Shown one piece after another: positions 59,322-64,000 of a stretch of DNA of 64,000 nt. Each line of letters starts with the position of its first letter. Position 1 is the first letter of the stretch. The DNA is from Camelus ferus (lineage: Eukaryota). Location of the stretch: contig NC_045716.1 in NCBI RefSeq assembly GCF_009834535.1, positions 17,918,001 through 17,982,000 on the forward strand, given 5' to 3'. The notes under the pieces were generated by a model that ran no database searches, was not told the DNA's origin, and saw nothing but the letters and a program-made list of their open reading frames with translations. The translations under genes and the position numbers were made by a program.

Positions 59322-61836
59322 GAATGGACAGTACAAAGAACTGTATGATGAGGGTAAATTGAACTGTGTAGAGACCAAACCCTGGGCTTAATGGACTATG
59401 AGGGTTAAGGAGACTGAGTCTTGGGCTGGGCCTTGAGGAACAGGTAATCATGATAGCCCTTCTTATGTTTCTTTAGTGCTCAGGGTAATTCACACTTTGT
59501 AAATCACTTCTACACATATATCTTAAGGGAAAGCCCTTTACTCACTGAGTAGGGTTCTGACTGCCATGAATAAGATTTTCCTAGAGGCCACTTGTGTGAT
59601 TAGGGTGGATGAGTGGTGGTTCACAGTGAAAGAGGAGACAAGAGAGAGACAGCGCCTCAAAGAGAGGTGATGGGCATCCTGGTCCTAAATCCCAAGTGAG
59701 GCCTAACCCCTTTCTGGAATGTTCTGACCCATACAACCCTTCCCAGACCCAGGCTATAGACTGCCTAATATCCTGATGTCAGGGGTCCAACAAGTTCTTG
59801 CTATGGATGTGGGGAGTGCATACATCCCTGGAAAAGCCAAGATGAGCTCTGTCTCCCCAGTCTGTCTACTTACTGCCTTCATGGCCCTGAGCTGAGGTGT
59901 ATAAGCAGAAGCAGAAACAGGAATAACAGGAAGGAAGAAGGCACCGAGACAGTCCAAGTATCTGGTCCTTAAGGGAATAAGAGAGAACTGGAGAAAGAAA
60001 AGCCAGTGACTGTCAAGAGAGCAAGAGCCAAGTCCCTGGAGAAGTTCAAGCAGAGACAGACCACCATTTCATGTGACGGCAAATGTGCCTGTGTGTTTGA
60101 GGTGGGGGAGGAGACTGAAGCAAAAACTGTGAGTTGGGCCAATTTCTTTAAGTTCTTTCTGTCCCCTAGATTCTCTGCTTCTGTGGTCAGAGCAGAGGAA
60201 ATCTGGGCATTTATCCAACCACTATTTTTGTGGTAGGGGTGGGAGAGCCAGCATTTCTGGGGGAGCTGTGGAATGAGCTACTCGTTTACACTTCTACTCC
60301 ATCTCTAGCCCCACTTCTTTAATCTCTATATAGTATTAAAGTATTTTGTTTTCTAAAATATCAGATTGACAGTAAGTGACAAAACCAGCACCTCATTGGT
60401 CAGGTTGTGTGGGGGAGGAAGGGGGAAGAAAGTGGAATTTAATGTATTAACATTTTGTTGGCTTAAAGGATGTTTCTGAACAAATTGAACACCTTCTCCA
60501 TTGACTATTGCTGGGGGGAAGCCAAACTCATTGGCAGCAAGAGGAACCAGCTGACAGCTGGGGGAAACCACCAGTTCTAAAAATGCTCAAAAAGAGGTTG
60601 GGGGGGAGGGGCAGTAACAATACTGTACAATTTCCTCAGACAAGACCTTATATGGGAACAGGCCCAGAGTACCTAAGTAGCTTTAGAAAGGAAAGGGAGG
60701 GAAGGAAGTAGATTTAAGGCATCCCTCACAGCCTTTGGGCAATGAGCAACAGGTCCTACAAACCCAGTAATATATACGTACACAGTGACACACATTGACA
60801 TATACATGTCCAACTTTGTAGAGATACATTAGCATATTCTCTTGATAATGTAGAGGTGATAAGTAAGCATTGAGAAGCTGGAAATATGAGAATTGGGGCC
60901 TGAAAATGGGTCAGAGGAAATACATTAATTGACCTAATTTCCCAATGAGAATGAACTGTTCATCCCATTTATTTGTTAAATAAGCCATGAAGTTATAAAT
61001 GAGAATCAAATCATGTTCTCACAGTATCTGGAAAGGACACAGATTTTTGGAGTCAGACTGAATCTAAGATTTGCAATAGCTGAGATGTAATGATGTGATC
61101 TTAAACTACTTGATCTCTGGGAGCCTCAGTTTCTTTACCTATGAAATGGGTATACTACTACCTGGCTTTTGGAGAGGTTGTCAGAATTTAAGAATATAAT
61201 GATGTAAATGCTTGGCCCTGTGTCTGGCTTCTAGTAAGTGTCAATACATGTTGATTCTCTTCCCCTCAAATCTCTTCCTTTCACTGTCCACTTCCCACTC
61301 CTGCATTAGCATTAGAAAATAATTATACCAAGGAACTTTCTAGGTCAGATGTATGATGGTTTCTTTTGTAGAGTTTGTGCCAAAAATTCTGGGTTACATT
61401 CAGGGTTGAAAAAAGGGAAGGCAAGGTCTCTATCCTCAGAGAGTACACAGTCTGGTGGTTGAGACAGTCAGTAAGACAAAAATTCCAGAACTGAGTGCTG
61501 GGCACCATGAGTGAAGGGGCATAAAATATGGGATCATAGAAGTGTTCCCAGAGGAGGTGTCTGCCTCCCTTCTAGAAGTAAGCTGTAAGACCTCCTGGTG
61601 AGTAGGATAATAGTGGGAGAAGAATTTCTGCTTGCTAGGTCAGCTCCTGGGCTCTTCTCTGTTATGCAAAATCAAAGTCAAGTGAACAGACTTGAAGCTG
61701 GAGGATAGTACTGTAAGGAGCTGAGTAGGGTTAGAAAGGGTAGTTTTGGGGAGAAGCTACCATCTAGGTGGAAAATGTGGAGTGGAAGAAAGAGGATTTT
61801 AAAGACCCTGGACTGCGCATTAAAAGTGCTCCTTTT

Positions 61837-61976
61837 GGAGAGGGTATAGCTCAAGTGGTCGAGGACATGCATTCCTTAGCACGCATGAGGTCCTGGGTTC
61901 AATCCCCGGTACCTCCATTAAATAAATAAATAAATAAACCTAATTACCTCCCTCCCCCACAATGATAATAATTTTT
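61837..61976 (+). mobile_element. Vic-1-like SINE with 13-bp TSD
   Basis: ggagagggtatagctcaagtgg, gggttcaatcccc, (TAAA)n cctaattacctccc; AAGTGCTCCTTTT at 61824-61836 and 61977-61989. Confidence 0.85.
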
Positions 61977-63339
61977 AAGTGCTCCTTTTAGTGCCTCCCC
62001 CCTCCCTTTCCCCTTCCCCATGCCTCTGATGTTTCCTTGAGTAACTGAGGTAGAGATTTAAATGATTTTAAATTAGTTTTTTATTACTAGACAGGGTTTC
62101 TTCTATTATGTTGTGTGTCATGACTGGGCCTCTAGGGGCCTCAGGATTTATTCAGAATATAGAAAGACAGGATGTTGTGGTGGAAACCAGCAAATTAGAA
62201 TTTACGTTTTCAAGAACATAGCAGTTCTAGGTGACGATTAAGCCCAGGGTGTGGCCAGGGTGAAAAGGAGTAGAAATGAAGGTTCTTGAAAATAGGGAGC
62301 TTACAAATGAATGTAGGGTAGTTTTCAGCAGTTGGTAGATAGAGATGGGGGATAGAAGGTGAAGGTCAGTTTTATACAAATAGACACCATGGAGAAGCAG
62401 AAGCTAAGAGGGAGGATCCTCTAGGAGAACATTTCAATTTTCTGTATAAGTCTGTCTTTTCTACTACATAACACAGTGAGACCCTTAAAAAAAATCAGGA
62501 CTTTTACTTGGCTCCTACTTTGTCCTCAAAATTAAAACTATTAAAATATCTGCTGTCTGCTGGCACTTTTCCATAATTGTCAGTAATTATTACAAAACTC
62601 CTTAAGTAAGATGGGTTTCACTATACAGATGAAACCCAGAGAGTATATTGCTCAACATCATCCTGCCAGTGGATTTCAAAACTACTATTTTTCTTTTTTT
62701 CATTTCTTTCCCTTTCTTTCTTTCCTTCTTTTTCTTTCTTTCTTTCTGGAAAACCTTTCATGAACCTCCACTTGTGAATGAGGTGCAATTTCTGGACTAT
62801 CATATTTATCACACTATATTGTTTTCATCCCCCACCCGCCAACACATAAGACCATAAGGTTTTGAGGCAGAAACTGCAAGTAATTCAAGTTTCCTCGGTG
62901 TGAACATCTGCTTCTAAGGAGCACAGTATGCAAAGGGGATGGTAGAAGCCACAAGATAAACATATTGCAAATTCATGATGCGTCCATTTTGTGCTAATAT
63001 ATGAGGAAACCCATTTTTACATTAAAGCAGAAGCTGCCCTTCCCTCACACTGATTTTTTCCTTGTTTTATTAACTAGCCGTTACAATTTCAAAGCCTGAG
63101 GGATACAAAAATGCGCCAGAGCATTCTGCAACGATGTACACTGAGCAAGAAACAACTTTGATACTAAGTGGCACTAGGTCGCAGGGGGAGCCACTGACAC
63201 ACTGGGAAGGGGTCTCAGCCCAGACTGGGGTGATAGTGAGATCTTCGGAAACATCGGCCTCTTGGTCAGTCTTGGCACCAGGAAGGTCCTGGTTTGCGCT
63301 GCTGTTTTTACAAGTCTGAAGGGTGGTAAATGGAATCCC

Positions 63340-63633
63340 GCTAGAAGTCAGTCCGGTGGGGGTGAGCCCCCGAGCTACCTCCCGAGGGGTCGAGCCCCTC
63401 GCGGCCTGCGGCTTTGCCTCATCCGAGCCCGGCTTGGCTTGGCCGCGCTGGGTCACGGGCCTCCCGGCTGCCCTGCGCTCGGACCCTGCGCTCCGCCGGC
63501 CCTGGGCGGCTCCACCCCAAGGCCCCGCCTCGTGACGCGAGGCCCCGCCCCCGCAGCGCCCGCTTCCAAGATGGCTGCAGCGGTGCCTGCCCGGCTGTCG
63601 GAGTGGCGGTGACGACGGGAAGCAGAAGACCAG
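63340..63633 (+). promoter_or_regulatory. B4GALT3: CpG island promoter and non-coding exon 1, assigned to B4GALT3 by synteny
   Basis: GC boxes (ccccgcc at about 63522 and 63543), YY1-like CAAGATGGC 63567-63575, donor gaccag|gtatgt at 63633. No B4GALT3 coding sequence is in the window, so the name rests on gene order. Confidence 0.6.
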
Positions 63634-64000
63634 GTATGTGGGCTGGGGATGGTGGGATGAGAGGCCCAGGAGAAGGGTTCGGGCGATCGGGAAGGTGAGA
63701 AGTTTTGGGTAAAGGCTAGAGACAACAATGAGCAGGCAGGAGGACCTAGGTGCAAATACGGACAGAGGCCGTGGGCTCACATTGCAAGATAGGGCAAACG
63801 CAAGAAGAGGTTGGGGCGGGATGAGGGTGCTCTGAAAGAACTGGGCTGTAACCCCCTGCAGCGCGCTGACCACGCCCCTCTAGGTTAGCTAGTCCAGGTA
63901 CTTCTGACAGGTTCTGCCTAGCCCTCCCTCTCCCTATCTCATTTCACCAATAACCCTGATCCCTACTCCCGCTTGGACTGGGGAAAGGTGGAAAAAGGTA

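Noticed and set aside
63070-63873. 267-aa ORF antisense to the putative B4GALT3 promoter
   Set aside because: Typical CpG-island open frame rich in Arg/Gly/Ala/Pro; no domain recognised.

Overview
Mammalian genomic DNA, most likely from a camelid (four Vic-1-like tRNA-derived SINEs and camelid-type L1 3' ends). The window is syntenic to human 1q23.3 and reads in the reverse of the human orientation. Gene order: PCP4L1 (-, only exon 1 in window), NR1I3/CAR (+, complete, 348 aa), TOMM40L (-, three coding exons hidden partly or wholly in N gaps), APOA2 (+, 100 aa), FCER1G (-, 86 aa), NDUFS2 (-, 463 aa), ADAMTS4 (+, 837 aa), a processed AAMDC retrocopy (+), and a non-coding first exon assigned to B4GALT3 by synteny (+). 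I walked the splice sites and reading frames by hand; they are GT-AG and sum to the expected protein lengths. No prokaryote-type system (CRISPR, operon, etc.) is present, and I found nothing I can call a new multi-gene system. The strongest second-look items are: an AAMDC retrocopy with a 17-bp TSD, poly(A) and a single G-run frameshift; a 40-codon uORF in TOMM40L exon 1 with all seven ATGs in one frame; an in-frame upstream ATG giving ADAMTS4 a potential 35-aa N-terminal extension; altered alternative acceptors in NR1I3; an interrupted (TG)n acceptor in APOA2; and an ordered set of CTCF-like motifs. Comparisons with human sequence and repeat family names come from memory, not from a database search, and need checking by alignment or Dfam.
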